NCBI GenBank assembly: GCA_024644745.1
Contig: JAHEHF010000005.1
Span: forward strand, 8,796-72,795
Length of the DNA stretch: 64,000 nucleotides
Direction: 5' to 3'
Origin: Flavobacteriaceae bacterium
GTDB taxonomy: Bacteria > Bacteroidota > Bacteroidia > Flavobacteriales > Flavobacteriaceae
Below the pieces are notes generated by a model that made no database searches, was not told where the DNA came from, and saw only the letters and a list, made by a program, of their open reading frames with translations. The position numbers were made by a program, and so were the translations under genes. Position 1 is the first letter of the stretch; each line of letters begins with the position of its first letter. Shown piece after piece: positions 55,385 through 64,000 of this stretch.

Positions 55385-56524
55385 CTAACTCAGTATATTT
55401 CGTGAAATTACGAGTTTCTGAATTTCCGTTGTGCCCTCACCAATAGTACAAAGTTTTGCATCCCGGTAAAATTTTTCAACGGGAAAATCTTTGGTATACC
55501 CGTAGCCGCCGTGAATCTGAACAGCTTCATTGGCAATTTTTACACAGACTTCAGAGGCGTACATTTTAGCCATGGCGCCGATACCGGTAATTTTTTCACC
55601 TTTGATCTTTTGATAGGCGGCTTTGTGCAGTAACAGTTCCGAAGCTTCAATTTCGGTGGCCATGTCGGCAAGTTTAAAGCCGATGGCTTGAAATTTACTG
55701 ATCGATTTACCAAATTGCTCCCTTTCCTGGGCATATTTCAAAGATGCTTCATAAGCTCCTTTTGAAATGCCTAAAGAGAGAGCACCAATGGATATTCTGC
55801 CCCCATCCAAAACTTTCAGAGCCTGAATGAAGCCTTCACCAACTTTTCCAAGGATATTGTCTTTGTGAATTCTGCAATTGACAAAGATCAATTCAGCCGT
55901 TTCTGAGGCACGCATTCCTAATTTATTCTCTTTTTTTCCTGACGAAAATCCGGGTGTACCTTTTTCGACAACAAAAGAGGTCATGCCTCGTGAATCTCCT
56001 TTTTCACCCGTTCTTACGACCACAACGGCAATGTCTCCGCTGATTCCGTGGGTAATGAAGTTTTTGGCACCGTTCAGGACATAATAATCACCGTCCTGTT
56101 CAGCTGTGGTACTCATACCTCCCGCGTCACTTCCGGTGTTATGCTCGGTCAGACCCCAGGCACCGATCCATTCTCCATGGGCTAATTTGGGCAGCCATTT
56201 TTGTTTTTGCTCTTCATTTCCGAATTCCAGTATGTGATTCGTGCACAAGGAATTATGCGCTGCCAGTGATAAACCAACCGATGAATCTACTTTTGAAATT
56301 TCCTCTATCACCGTGATATATTCATGATAGTCCATTCCGCTTCCACCGTATTCTTCAGGAACCAATACCCCCATAAAGCCCATTTCACCAAGTTTATGAA
56401 AAAGATCGGCAGGAAAGGTCTGGTTTTCATCCCAGTCCATCATATAGGGTTTGATGTGTTTTTTGGCAAATTCTCTTATGGAATGTGCTATTGTGGCCCT
56501 CGTTTCTGATGTTTCAAAATTCAT
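55385..56524 (-). CDS. Acyl-CoA dehydrogenase
   Basis: 379 aa. GLTEHNTGSDAGG, QIHGGYGYTKDFPVEKFYRDAK and the catalytic-Glu region IGEGTTEIQ. Confidence 0.9.
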   Translation of the reverse strand: MNFETSETRATIAHSIREFAKKHIKPYMMDWDENQTFPADLFHKLGEMGFMGVLVPEEYGGSGMDYHEYITVIEEISKVDSSVGLSLAAHNSLCTNHILEFGNEEQKQKWLPKLAHGEWIGAWGLTEHNTGSDAGGMSTTAEQDGDYYVLNGAKNFITHGISGDIAVVVVRTGEKGDSRGMTSFVVEKGTPGFSSGKKENKLGMRASETAELIFVNCRIHKDNILGKVGEGFIQALKVLDGGRISIGALSLGISKGAYEASLKYAQEREQFGKSISKFQAIGFKLADMATEIEASELLLHKAAYQKIKGEKITGIGAMAKMYASEVCVKIANEAVQIHGGYGYTKDFPVEKFYRDAKLCTIGEGTTEIQKLVISRNILS

Positions 56525-56534
56525 AGGTTGCTTT

Positions 56535-57416
56535 TTATTGCGCCGACAAATATACTGTTATTCTATCAAATTTGTCTAATGGGAAAGAGTCAATTTTTTT
56601 CAATTCCTCCAGGTCTGAAAATTCTAAATTTTCTTTTTTGTATTCGAAAATTTTCCTTGTAAGTTCATAATCCAGATATGGAATTTTCAGAATTTCCTTA
56701 AAGCTGGCTGTATTGATATTGGTTTTGTCAATACGGGGTCGTTGAAGGATCTCGTACTTTTCAAGGATTCTTCTTCCGACCTCTTTTTTTAAATAATATA
56801 CCTCAAACAGTTGTGCTTCATAAAAAAAGCCTTTTAATTTTGTTCGGTAGGCGACAATCCGTTTGGCCAGCCGCTCATCAACTCCGTCTATTTGAGTGAG
56901 CTCCTGTGCAGTAACAAGGTTCAGGTCCTTGATCTCTGTATGTGATTTGTCTGTTGCCGGATTCTGTGAGGTGGCACGGGTTTCAGGCTTCCAATTTTTT
57001 CTGGTCCATTCAGGAAATTTAAAATGAGGGGAGATGATTTTCATCAAACTGTCATTTGCAAGGGTTAGCTCTTGAAATTCATCTGCTGAATTGATATATT
57101 TTCCTTGCTTTCGATACCGGAACAGGCGGTCTGCTTCTTCGATGGAAAGCCCCAGCTGATAGGCCTTGAAATCTGTAATAAAATTCGGATTGAAAGGGTA
57201 GATTTTCGATCTTGTACTGTCCATTTCGGCTTTTTTCATAGAATCAAGACGCTTCTGAAGAATCGCAAAAGTCTTGTCATCTTCCTGCTGAAAATGTCCC
57301 CTGGTAAAATCTGAAAAGTGCAGTAGGAATTGCATCAGCACCAGAATCCCGGTCAAAAATAAAATCCCATTTCTTTGGCGTTTTGTATACCAGAAATGGG
57401 ATTTCATAAAATTCAT
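56535..57416 (-). CDS. Helix-hairpin-helix (ComEA-like) domain membrane-anchored protein
   Basis: N-terminal TM segment and repeated HhH units (AQELTQIDGVDERLAKRIVAYR; ASFKEILKIPYLDYELTRKI). Confidence 0.6.
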   Translation of the reverse strand: MNFMKSHFWYTKRQRNGILFLTGILVLMQFLLHFSDFTRGHFQQEDDKTFAILQKRLDSMKKAEMDSTRSKIYPFNPNFITDFKAYQLGLSIEEADRLFRYRKQGKYINSADEFQELTLANDSLMKIISPHFKFPEWTRKNWKPETRATSQNPATDKSHTEIKDLNLVTAQELTQIDGVDERLAKRIVAYRTKLKGFFYEAQLFEVYYLKKEVGRRILEKYEILQRPRIDKTNINTASFKEILKIPYLDYELTRKIFEYKKENLEFSDLEELKKIDSFPLDKFDRITVYLSAQ

Positions 57417-57422
57417 TAAGTG

Positions 57423-59042
57423 TTATTGTCTATTGGCCTTCATTGTCTTGATGGCCCCAACATAGTTGTTTATTTCTTCCTTGACTTTTGGGAAAAGCAT
57501 GACCAATCCAATCATATTTGGAAAAACCAGTGCGAGAATCATGGCATCAGAGAATTTAATCACCGCATCAAGTGTGGCTGAGGCCCCGATAATCACAAAG
57601 ATGAGAAAAAGAATTTTGTAAGAAATGTCTGCCGCTTTTCCTCTGCCAAATAAATATTTCCAGGATTGCAGACCGTAATAGGACCATGAGATCATGGTTG
57701 AAAATGCAAATAAAATAATGGCAATTGTCAGGATATAACTGAAGCCTGGTAAAACAGAATCAAAAGCCATAGAGGTAAGGTCGACTCCTCCGATGTATTC
57801 CCCGGTTGCATTAATCATCACTGCGCTGTTCTGTGAATTTCCGTAATCAAAGGCACCTGCATCCATGTTGAAGAATATAATGACCAAAGCAGTCATGGTA
57901 CATATGACAACAGTATCAATAAATGGTTCGAGCAAGGCCACGACACCTTCACTGGCCGGATATTTGGTTTTCACCGCAGAGTGCGCAATAGCTGCCGATC
58001 CCGCTCCTGCTTCATTAGAAAAAGCCGCCCTTTGGAAGCCCACAATAATCACACCCAGGATACCTCCCAAACCAGCCATAGGGTTAAAGGCACCTGAAAT
58101 AATAAGGTTAAAGGCACTTCCTATATGTTGTATATTCGAGAAGATAATGATCAATGCCGCAAACACATAAATAATGGCCATAAAAGGGACTATTTTTTCA
58201 GTTATTTTTGCAATTCTCTTGATTCCTCCGATGATTACAATTCCTACCAGAACCGCCATGATAATTCCGATGATGAAACCTGAAGCACCTCCGCTCAAGC
58301 CCAGCATACTAACGATCTGTACGGCCGCCTGATTTGATTGAAAGGCATTTCCTCCTCCAAATGAAGCCCCTACACACAGAAGCGCAAAAATGACGGCGAG
58401 TATTTTTCCAAGTACTGCTTTGTTCTGGCTCTCCAGTCCTCTTTTAAGATAATACATGGGTCCTCCGTAAACCGTACCATCCTCACCGACATCTCTATAC
58501 TTTACTCCAAGGGTACATTCGACCATTTTAGTAGACATTCCAATCAGTCCGCAAACAATCATCCAGAAAGTGGCACCAGGTCCTCCAACTGCAATCGCGA
58601 CGGCAACTCCAGCAATATTTCCCAATCCAACCGTACCTGAAACTGCGGTGGCCAGGGCCTGAAAGTGGCTCACTTCACCCTCCTTACTTTCATCTTTGAT
58701 CGTATCTACCAAATCTCCGTCAACGATATTTAATTCTGCTTTTTCTACGCTGTGATGGTCAATTTCATCGTACTTGCCTCTTACAGTATTGATCGCCAGA
58801 ATGAATTTTGAAACTGCAGGGAAACCAAAATAAATGGTAAACATCGTGGCACCGAAAATAAGCAGCAATAAGACAAATGGAATATCATATCCTGCAATCG
58901 GAACAGGAGTGAGAACTGTATTTTCCCACCAGGTGGCAACAGGCATAAATTCTTCATTGATTTTTTCATCAAGTCCTTTTTCCTGAGCAACGCCTAAAAA
59001 AGGGCTAAAAATTATCAAAAACAGCAGTATTTTTTTCAACAT
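57423..59042 (-). CDS. Alanine/glycine:cation symporter (AGCS) family transporter
   Basis: Multi-TM protein. AGCS motifs SHFQALATAVSGTVGLGNIAGVA and FSNEAGAGSAAIAH. The ORF-track start at 59081 is TTG; the ATG at 59042 gives MLKKILLF. Confidence 0.88.
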   Translation of the reverse strand: MLKKILLFLIIFSPFLGVAQEKGLDEKINEEFMPVATWWENTVLTPVPIAGYDIPFVLLLLIFGATMFTIYFGFPAVSKFILAINTVRGKYDEIDHHSVEKAELNIVDGDLVDTIKDESKEGEVSHFQALATAVSGTVGLGNIAGVAVAIAVGGPGATFWMIVCGLIGMSTKMVECTLGVKYRDVGEDGTVYGGPMYYLKRGLESQNKAVLGKILAVIFALLCVGASFGGGNAFQSNQAAVQIVSMLGLSGGASGFIIGIIMAVLVGIVIIGGIKRIAKITEKIVPFMAIIYVFAALIIIFSNIQHIGSAFNLIISGAFNPMAGLGGILGVIIVGFQRAAFSNEAGAGSAAIAHSAVKTKYPASEGVVALLEPFIDTVVICTMTALVIIFFNMDAGAFDYGNSQNSAVMINATGEYIGGVDLTSMAFDSVLPGFSYILTIAIILFAFSTMISWSYYGLQSWKYLFGRGKAADISYKILFLIFVIIGASATLDAVIKFSDAMILALVFPNMIGLVMLFPKVKEEINNYVGAIKTMKANRQ

Positions 59043-59202
59043 TATTTTATGTGGTATTTTGGTTGGGAACGCAATATCCAAAAAATATACCCCAGTGGCA
59101 AAAAAAAATTGGAAAAATATCAGTATCCCTTACCCTTTCTATACAAAAACCTTATCCAGGGCCCGGGTTCATTCTGTTAAAAACATGAATTGCTTAAAAG
59201 GG

Positions 59203-61617
59203 TTACATGAAACCGCTTCCCTGACGACCCTCTCCATTTCTTTTCTTTCGGGATCTTGCTTTGTTCTTTCCTTTTCCAAAACGATAACTGAAGCCCATAT
59301 AAGCGGCCTGTGATTCTCCTCGAAACTGGCCGCTTGACTGATAGGGGTTTTTGGTGTCAAAAGCAAAGAACATGGTGTTGAATATGTCACTGTACCGGGC
59401 ACTCAAGGTTCCTTTGCCCTGAAATAAATTCAGCCTGGCACCGACATCCATCTTCCACATTGACTTTGATTCAAACTGAAGACCCTGATTGGCTCCTCGG
59501 TACATAGTGAACCATTGCAGCCTGAAATTTTTGACGACCTTAAAATTATTGTTGATTCTAAAATTCCAGGCTGTATTTTGCACTTCCAGCTCGGATGTGC
59601 CTACCACTCCTTTTTCAATTTTATCATAAACGTCAAAGCTCATATTGGCATCCCACCATTTGGCAAAATTATAGTTGGCTGAGGCTTCAAATCCGAAGGC
59701 ATTGTTGTTCTCAGAATTGGCGTAGGTAACCAAGACCTTATTATCATCCAGCGGATCCTTGAGTATGGCCCTGTTGATGTTATCATTGATGATGCGCACA
59801 AAGGTTCCAAAGGTGAGAGATCCATTTTTTATTTTTCTCGTATAGTTGAACTCCATGGAATTTGTGAACTGCGGTCTGAGGCTTGGGTTACCCACTGAGG
59901 TGACCTGAGGGGTGCTCCATTGTCGGATGGGATTGACCTGGTTAAATCCGGGCCTGTCAACCCTTCTGCTGTAGCTCACCTGAAACTGGTTTTTATCTGA
60001 AGGGTTATAAGTGACAAATGCGGATGGGTAGAGCGTGAGATATTCATCTTCGAAAATTTTCTCTTGATTCAAAATGGCTTCTGCGTTATAACTTTCGAAT
60101 CTGGCACCCAGCTGCATGGTCCACTTTTCCATTTTTCGGCTGAAGGTGGCATAGGCCGAATAGATTTCTCTGTCATATTGGTACTTTGTGTCATCCAGGG
60201 GTTCAGTTCCGATGATATTCCCGTCATCATCGTAAATCAATCCGTGCTGAGTCGTATTTCTTCCATTTTCCATTTCGATGGTCCGGGATTCCAATCCCAG
60301 TTCCAGTTTGGATTTTTCGGATAAGGGATTGACATAATCAAGATTGACCGTCACATTGTTCCGGTCGTTCACGATCTCATCCTCGTAATTAAGGATGGGG
60401 TTGGTTGGATTGTTAAGTTCCTTAAAAACAGCAATTTCAGATCCATCTGTATTGGAGAAATTGGCCTCAAGCTCTATATGATGCCCTTTTTCATTAAAAT
60501 TATGCTTGTAATTCAGATTGTAGGTTTGTGTATTGTTTTCCAGATCAACAACACTCAGCTGATCTAAATTTTGAAAATCTCCGTTGAGGTAATCCACCGT
60601 TGAAGATCGCGTTACATCAGAATTAAAAATATTCTGAACGGTATAAAAAGAAAGTATGTTGTTGTCATTTACATAATAATCAAGCCCCGTTTTCAACAGG
60701 TGTGACGCATTGTCATCAACCCAGTTAAAACCCAGATCAGAATTATTTTCAACACGGTTGGCTTGGCCCCTCGTTTCGCTTTTTCCATCATATAAACCGT
60801 AATTCGCAAAGAAATTTAACTTACCCGCTCTGTAATTCAGATCCAATGATCCATTGAACCTGGAGTTCAATCCCTTGGTGACCCCTGTATTGATATTTCC
60901 ATTGAAACCCAGGTTGGAGTTTTTATTTAAAACGATGTTGATGATGCCTGACATTCCTTCAGGGTTGTATTTTGCAGAAGGGTTCGTGATCAATTCAATA
61001 CTTTTGATAGAGTTTGACGGAATTTGTTGCAGCAGTTGGGATGGACTTATATTGGTCGGCCGCCCATCAACCAGGATTCTCACATTGCTGTTTCCTCTCA
61101 GGCTTATATTGCCGTCGTTGTCAACACTTACAGACTGTATATTATTCATGATCTCAGCTGCATTTGCCCCTGCCGACGTAAGGTCTTTACCAATATTGAT
61201 CACCTTTCTGTCAATTTTTTGAACGACGGTTGAAGTTTCGGCCCTGATCTCTACTTCCTGCAGGTTTTCTGTAACTTCTTCAAGTTCGATGATCCCAAGA
61301 TCAAAATCAGATGAGTTGGAAGTCACCTCTACTTCTAAACTCAGTTTTTCATATCCTATGAATTGAATTTCAACCAGGTAGTTTCCCTCTGGAACCTTTT
61401 TGATCTCAAAGTAACCCAATTCATCTGAGATCCCACCTGAAAAATTATCAGACGTCTCGGTCTTCAATATCACAGTGGCATAAGGGATGGGATCCCGGGT
61501 TACGGCATCAATTATTTTTCCTTTTATTTTGACATTTTTAGGGAGAGATATTTTGAAGTCTTTCGCTAACAAACAGATTGAAAAAAGAATAAAAATCGGT
61601 GTTATTATTTTTTTCAA
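59203..61617 (-). CDS. TonB-dependent-receptor-like outer-membrane beta-barrel with an N-terminal carboxypeptidase-regulatory-like domain
   Basis: 804 aa. Signal peptide, CarbopepD_reg-like domain (KIKGKIIDAVTRDPIPYATV), plug (ISLRGN) and a long barrel. Only a TTG start is available, because an in-frame stop lies at 61624-61626. Confidence 0.8.
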   Translation of the reverse strand: MKKIITPIFILFSICLLAKDFKISLPKNVKIKGKIIDAVTRDPIPYATVILKTETSDNFSGGISDELGYFEIKKVPEGNYLVEIQFIGYEKLSLEVEVTSNSSDFDLGIIELEEVTENLQEVEIRAETSTVVQKIDRKVINIGKDLTSAGANAAEIMNNIQSVSVDNDGNISLRGNSNVRILVDGRPTNISPSQLLQQIPSNSIKSIELITNPSAKYNPEGMSGIINIVLNKNSNLGFNGNINTGVTKGLNSRFNGSLDLNYRAGKLNFFANYGLYDGKSETRGQANRVENNSDLGFNWVDDNASHLLKTGLDYYVNDNNILSFYTVQNIFNSDVTRSSTVDYLNGDFQNLDQLSVVDLENNTQTYNLNYKHNFNEKGHHIELEANFSNTDGSEIAVFKELNNPTNPILNYEDEIVNDRNNVTVNLDYVNPLSEKSKLELGLESRTIEMENGRNTTQHGLIYDDDGNIIGTEPLDDTKYQYDREIYSAYATFSRKMEKWTMQLGARFESYNAEAILNQEKIFEDEYLTLYPSAFVTYNPSDKNQFQVSYSRRVDRPGFNQVNPIRQWSTPQVTSVGNPSLRPQFTNSMEFNYTRKIKNGSLTFGTFVRIINDNINRAILKDPLDDNKVLVTYANSENNNAFGFEASANYNFAKWWDANMSFDVYDKIEKGVVGTSELEVQNTAWNFRINNNFKVVKNFRLQWFTMYRGANQGLQFESKSMWKMDVGARLNLFQGKGTLSARYSDIFNTMFFAFDTKNPYQSSGQFRGESQAAYMGFSYRFGKGKNKARSRKKRNGEGRQGSGFM

Positions 61618-61706
61618 ATTTTTTTATGATTAGATTTAGAGTTTTAAGGCAATCTAAAATAGGGGGAATTATATTGTCAAATTATTAATTAACAGAAGTT
61701 TAACAC

Positions 61707-62066
61707 ATGATCAGAACGCTTGTATTGGGCGCTTCACTGGATAAAACCCGTTATGCCCATCTTGCCATCCGGCGTTTGCAGAGTAAGGATTTCTGGGTTG
61801 TAGGCATCGGTTCAAGAACAGGGATGATAGGAGGAACCAGCATTCATACCGAAAAGATTCCCCTGAAAAACATCCATACGGTCAGTATTTATTTGAACCC
61901 GGATAATCAAGAGGAATACTATACTTATGTCATTGCACTAAATCCCAGGCGTGTGATATTTAACCCGGGAACTGAAAATCCCCGATTTGAAGGCTTTTTG
62001 TCACGTCATAAAATTCCCTTTGAACGCTCCTGCACACTTGTTCTGATCAGCACGGGTCAATTTTGA
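61707..62066 (+). CDS. CoA-binding domain protein
   Basis: 119 aa. TLVLGASLDKTRYAHLAIRRL..VVGIG is typical of small CoA_binding proteins. Its 3' end overlaps the convergent rnz by 10 nt. Confidence 0.7.
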   Translation: MIRTLVLGASLDKTRYAHLAIRRLQSKDFWVVGIGSRTGMIGGTSIHTEKIPLKNIHTVSIYLNPDNQEEYYTYVIALNPRRVIFNPGTENPRFEGFLSRHKIPFERSCTLVLISTGQF

Positions 62067-62983
62067 TTGTTCAGAATAAATTCTTTTCCCGCTTCGGCAA
62101 GTACCGAATTCGGGAATATGATCTTGGCTTCTTCCTGAAAAAGAGTCGTATCCTTATAGCGGCTGGAATAATGCCCCAGGATCAATTGCTTTACATCCGC
62201 TTTGCTGGCAATAGTTGCGGCTTCAAGCGCGGTGGCATGTTTTGTTATTTCGGCCAGGTCCTTGTTGTCTTCCAAAAAAGTAGATTCATGATAAAGCAGG
62301 TCAACTCCTTTTATATGAGGAATGATCTTTTCATCATAGGCCGTATCGCTGCAATAGGCGTACTGTAGAATCTTCGGAGGATCAAAGGTGAGATCTGCAT
62401 TGGGAACGATGCTTCCGTCATCCATTTTATAGTCCCTTCCTTTTTTTAAATTTTGATAATCGCAAATTTCAATTTCCGGATACTTTGAAATGGCAGACAT
62501 GTTTAAATTTCGGGGAAGTGGTTTTTCTCTGAACAGAAAGCCATTGGTATAAATCCTGTGAGAAAGAGGGATGGTATGAACTTCAACCTTGTCATTCTCA
62601 AAGATCAATTCACTTTCCATAGCCTCCAATTCATGAAAATGCAACGGATAGGCAACCCATGAACCGGTCAGCTTAAGCTGCATCAAAATAATTTTCTTGA
62701 TGCCTTTTGGACCATGGATGTGAAGTTCCGATTTCCGGTTGAGCAAACCGAAAGTTGCGATCAAACCGATCAGACCAAAAAAGTGGTCGCCGTGCAGGTG
62801 AGATATGAAAATCCGCTTGATTCGGGAAAACTTTATTTTATATTTGCGCAATTGGGCCTGGGAGCCTTCTCCGCAATCGATTAAAAAACCTTCATTGTTG
62901 ACTTCCAGATATTGTGATGAGGTGTGGCCATGACTGCGGGGTGTTGCCGAATGACAGCCCAGTATGGTAAGCCTTAAACTCAT
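62057..62983 (-). CDS. rnz: Ribonuclease Z
   Basis: 308 aa. Metallo-beta-lactamase motif SHLHGDHFFGL and an exosite-like insert. Confidence 0.9.
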   Translation of the reverse strand: MSLRLTILGCHSATPRSHGHTSSQYLEVNNEGFLIDCGEGSQAQLRKYKIKFSRIKRIFISHLHGDHFFGLIGLIATFGLLNRKSELHIHGPKGIKKIILMQLKLTGSWVAYPLHFHELEAMESELIFENDKVEVHTIPLSHRIYTNGFLFREKPLPRNLNMSAISKYPEIEICDYQNLKKGRDYKMDDGSIVPNADLTFDPPKILQYAYCSDTAYDEKIIPHIKGVDLLYHESTFLEDNKDLAEITKHATALEAATIASKADVKQLILGHYSSRYKDTTLFQEEAKIIFPNSVLAEAGKEFILNNQN

Positions 62984-63342
62984 TTGATTACAATTCGCTT
63001 AGAAATCACCTTGGTTTTGGTTTTTAAAGAATAAATATAAATTCCCGACTCGAGTTCATCCCTAAAGAAGGTAATAGAATTATGTCCTTTGTTGCATTTT
63101 AACTTTTCAGAATGAATTGTATTTCCAAGCAGGTCCTTGACCAGGAAGTCCATTTCAAACTCCTCATCTGCAAAGAACCTGATGCGGGTAGCGACACTGA
63201 AAGGATTTGGGGAGGCCACGACTTCGTGGATCCCCAACAATGCACCTTCCAGAATCTCAAGATCCTTGGCATCGTCGTTCTGCGCAAACATTGCGGTTGA
63301 AAAGGTTAAAATAAAAAGAATAGAGAGTAGTTTTTTTACCAT
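62980..63342 (-). CDS. T9SS type A sorting-domain protein with almost no cargo
   Basis: 120 aa. Signal peptide (..AMFAQ), about 22 mature residues, then a Por-secretion-tail-like CTD (ASPNPFS ... LESGIYIYSLKTK..ISKRIVIK). ATGA overlap with the rnz start. Confidence 0.65.
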   Translation of the reverse strand: MVKKLLSILFILTFSTAMFAQNDDAKDLEILEGALLGIHEVVASPNPFSVATRIRFFADEEFEMDFLVKDLLGNTIHSEKLKCNKGHNSITFFRDELESGIYIYSLKTKTKVISKRIVIK

Positions 63343-63351
63343 ATAGTCATT

Positions 63352-63705
63352 TTAAATTCCTAAATCACGTTCAATTTCTTCCATTTCTATGATATCCTCT
63401 GCCTCCTTAAAAGTGGGTACCACAATCAATTCATCAGGGACCTGGTCAAATTCAATGCCATCACACACGATCACGAATGATTTTTCATTCTTTCTGTGTG
63501 CTTCGCTTATTTGCGAAAATAACAAGATTTTATTTAAATCAATGTTAATTAAACCAGAAAAATCTAAAATAAGATTCACGTTCTTAAAGTTAGTATTTTT
63601 TTTGACAAATGCATCAAAAAACATTTCCATACCAAGATCTTCCCTAAGCAGTTCTTTATCAGAAGGGGAGATGCTGTAGTATGATTCAGTTTTATCTATC
63701 TTCAT
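63352..63705 (-). CDS. Hypothetical protein (possible STAS-like fold)
   Basis: 117-aa acidic protein between pyrB and the CTD protein, with 9-nt and 15-nt gaps. The fold guess rests on alternating beta/alpha pattern only. Confidence 0.4.
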   Translation of the reverse strand: MKIDKTESYYSISPSDKELLREDLGMEMFFDAFVKKNTNFKNVNLILDFSGLINIDLNKILLFSQISEAHRKNEKSFVIVCDGIEFDQVPDELIVVPTFKEAEDIIEMEEIERDLGI

Positions 63706-63720
63706 GGGGCTTAATAATTA

Positions 63721-64000
63721 TCAATCTCTTCTGATTTGTTGCGCCAGCAGATAAATGACTGCCATCCTTATGGCCACGCCATTTTCAACCTGGTTTAAAA
63801 TAATACTCTGTTTTGAATCTGCCACGTCACTGGTCAGTTCAACACCTCTGTTGATGGGGCCCGGATGCATGATTACAATATCCTTGTCAATGCTGTCCAA
63901 TATTTCTTTATTGATGCCAAACATTTGGGTATACTCCCTCACTGAAGGAAAATATTTGATGTCCATTCTTTCGTGCTGCACCCTGAGTACATTGGCCACG
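63721..64000 (-). CDS. pyrB: Aspartate carbamoyltransferase catalytic subunit, C-terminal part (gene runs off the window)
   Basis: HPGPINRGVEL and ENGVAIRMAV are conserved PyrB C-terminal motifs. The ORF is open to the window edge. Confidence 0.85.
   Translation of the reverse strand, partial: VANVLRVQHERMDIKYFPSVREYTQMFGINKEILDSIDKDIVIMHPGPINRGVELTSDVADSKQSIILNQVENGVAIRMAVIYLLAQQIRRD

Noticed and set aside
62057-62066. 10-nt 3'-end overlap of the convergent CoA-binding-protein gene and rnz.
   Set aside because: Short convergent overlaps are common in compact genomes, and there is no additional structure or motif at the overlap.
1-64000. Search by eye for tRNA, rRNA, CRISPR arrays, IS elements, integrases, phage or defence genes.
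   Set aside because: No intergenic region contains tRNA-like cloverleaf arms, rRNA motifs or spaced direct repeats. No ORF shows transposase, integrase, nuclease-helicase or toxin-antitoxin signatures. A covariance-model scan (tRNAscan-SE, Infernal) would be the decisive check.

Overview
AT-rich 64-kb chromosomal segment that looks like core genome of a Bacteroidota, probably Flavobacteriia-like, organism. Supporting evidence: a T9SS C-terminal sorting domain, DUF1573 and DUF5606 genes, A-rich start-codon contexts without Shine-Dalgarno sequences, and 19 correctly oriented copies of the Bacteroidota -7 promoter box TAnnTTTG upstream of genes. I call 63 protein-coding genes at about 90 percent coding density. 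They are almost all housekeeping: valS, ftsH, dnaK, guaA, gcvP, pdhA plus E2, murB, ddl, cdsA, psd, pyrE, a partial pyrB, def, ruvX, dapD, coaD, birA, rnz, tsaC, a CCA-adding enzyme, mazG, nhaA and others. I found no rRNA, tRNA, CRISPR array, transposase, integrase or phage gene, and no convincing multi-gene novel system; this reads as an ordinary region with modest curiosities. The best leads are: (1) an EF-G paralogue whose GTPase centre has lost the catalytic His (DTPGL) and the NKxD Lys (NQID); (2) a COG1579-type zinc-ribbon protein with no cysteines at all; (3) a four-gene islet of uncharacterised signal-peptide proteins between dnaK and guaA, including tandem paralogues and a His-rich small beta-barrel; (4) a T9SS substrate that is almost only a sorting domain, translationally coupled to rnz; (5) an acyl-CoA-binding protein coupled into the cdsA-psd phospholipid operon; (6) -7 boxes abutting the guaA and pyrE start codons, suggesting leaderless mRNAs; (7) a cluster of four GAATTC palindromes upstream of pdhA; (8) a 397-nt non-coding gap inside a small glycan-modification cluster. 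Several ORF-track starts are TTG codons; I moved them to downstream ATGs where N-terminal conservation or promoter geometry supports it. Functional calls come from motifs I recognise in the translations, not from database searches.
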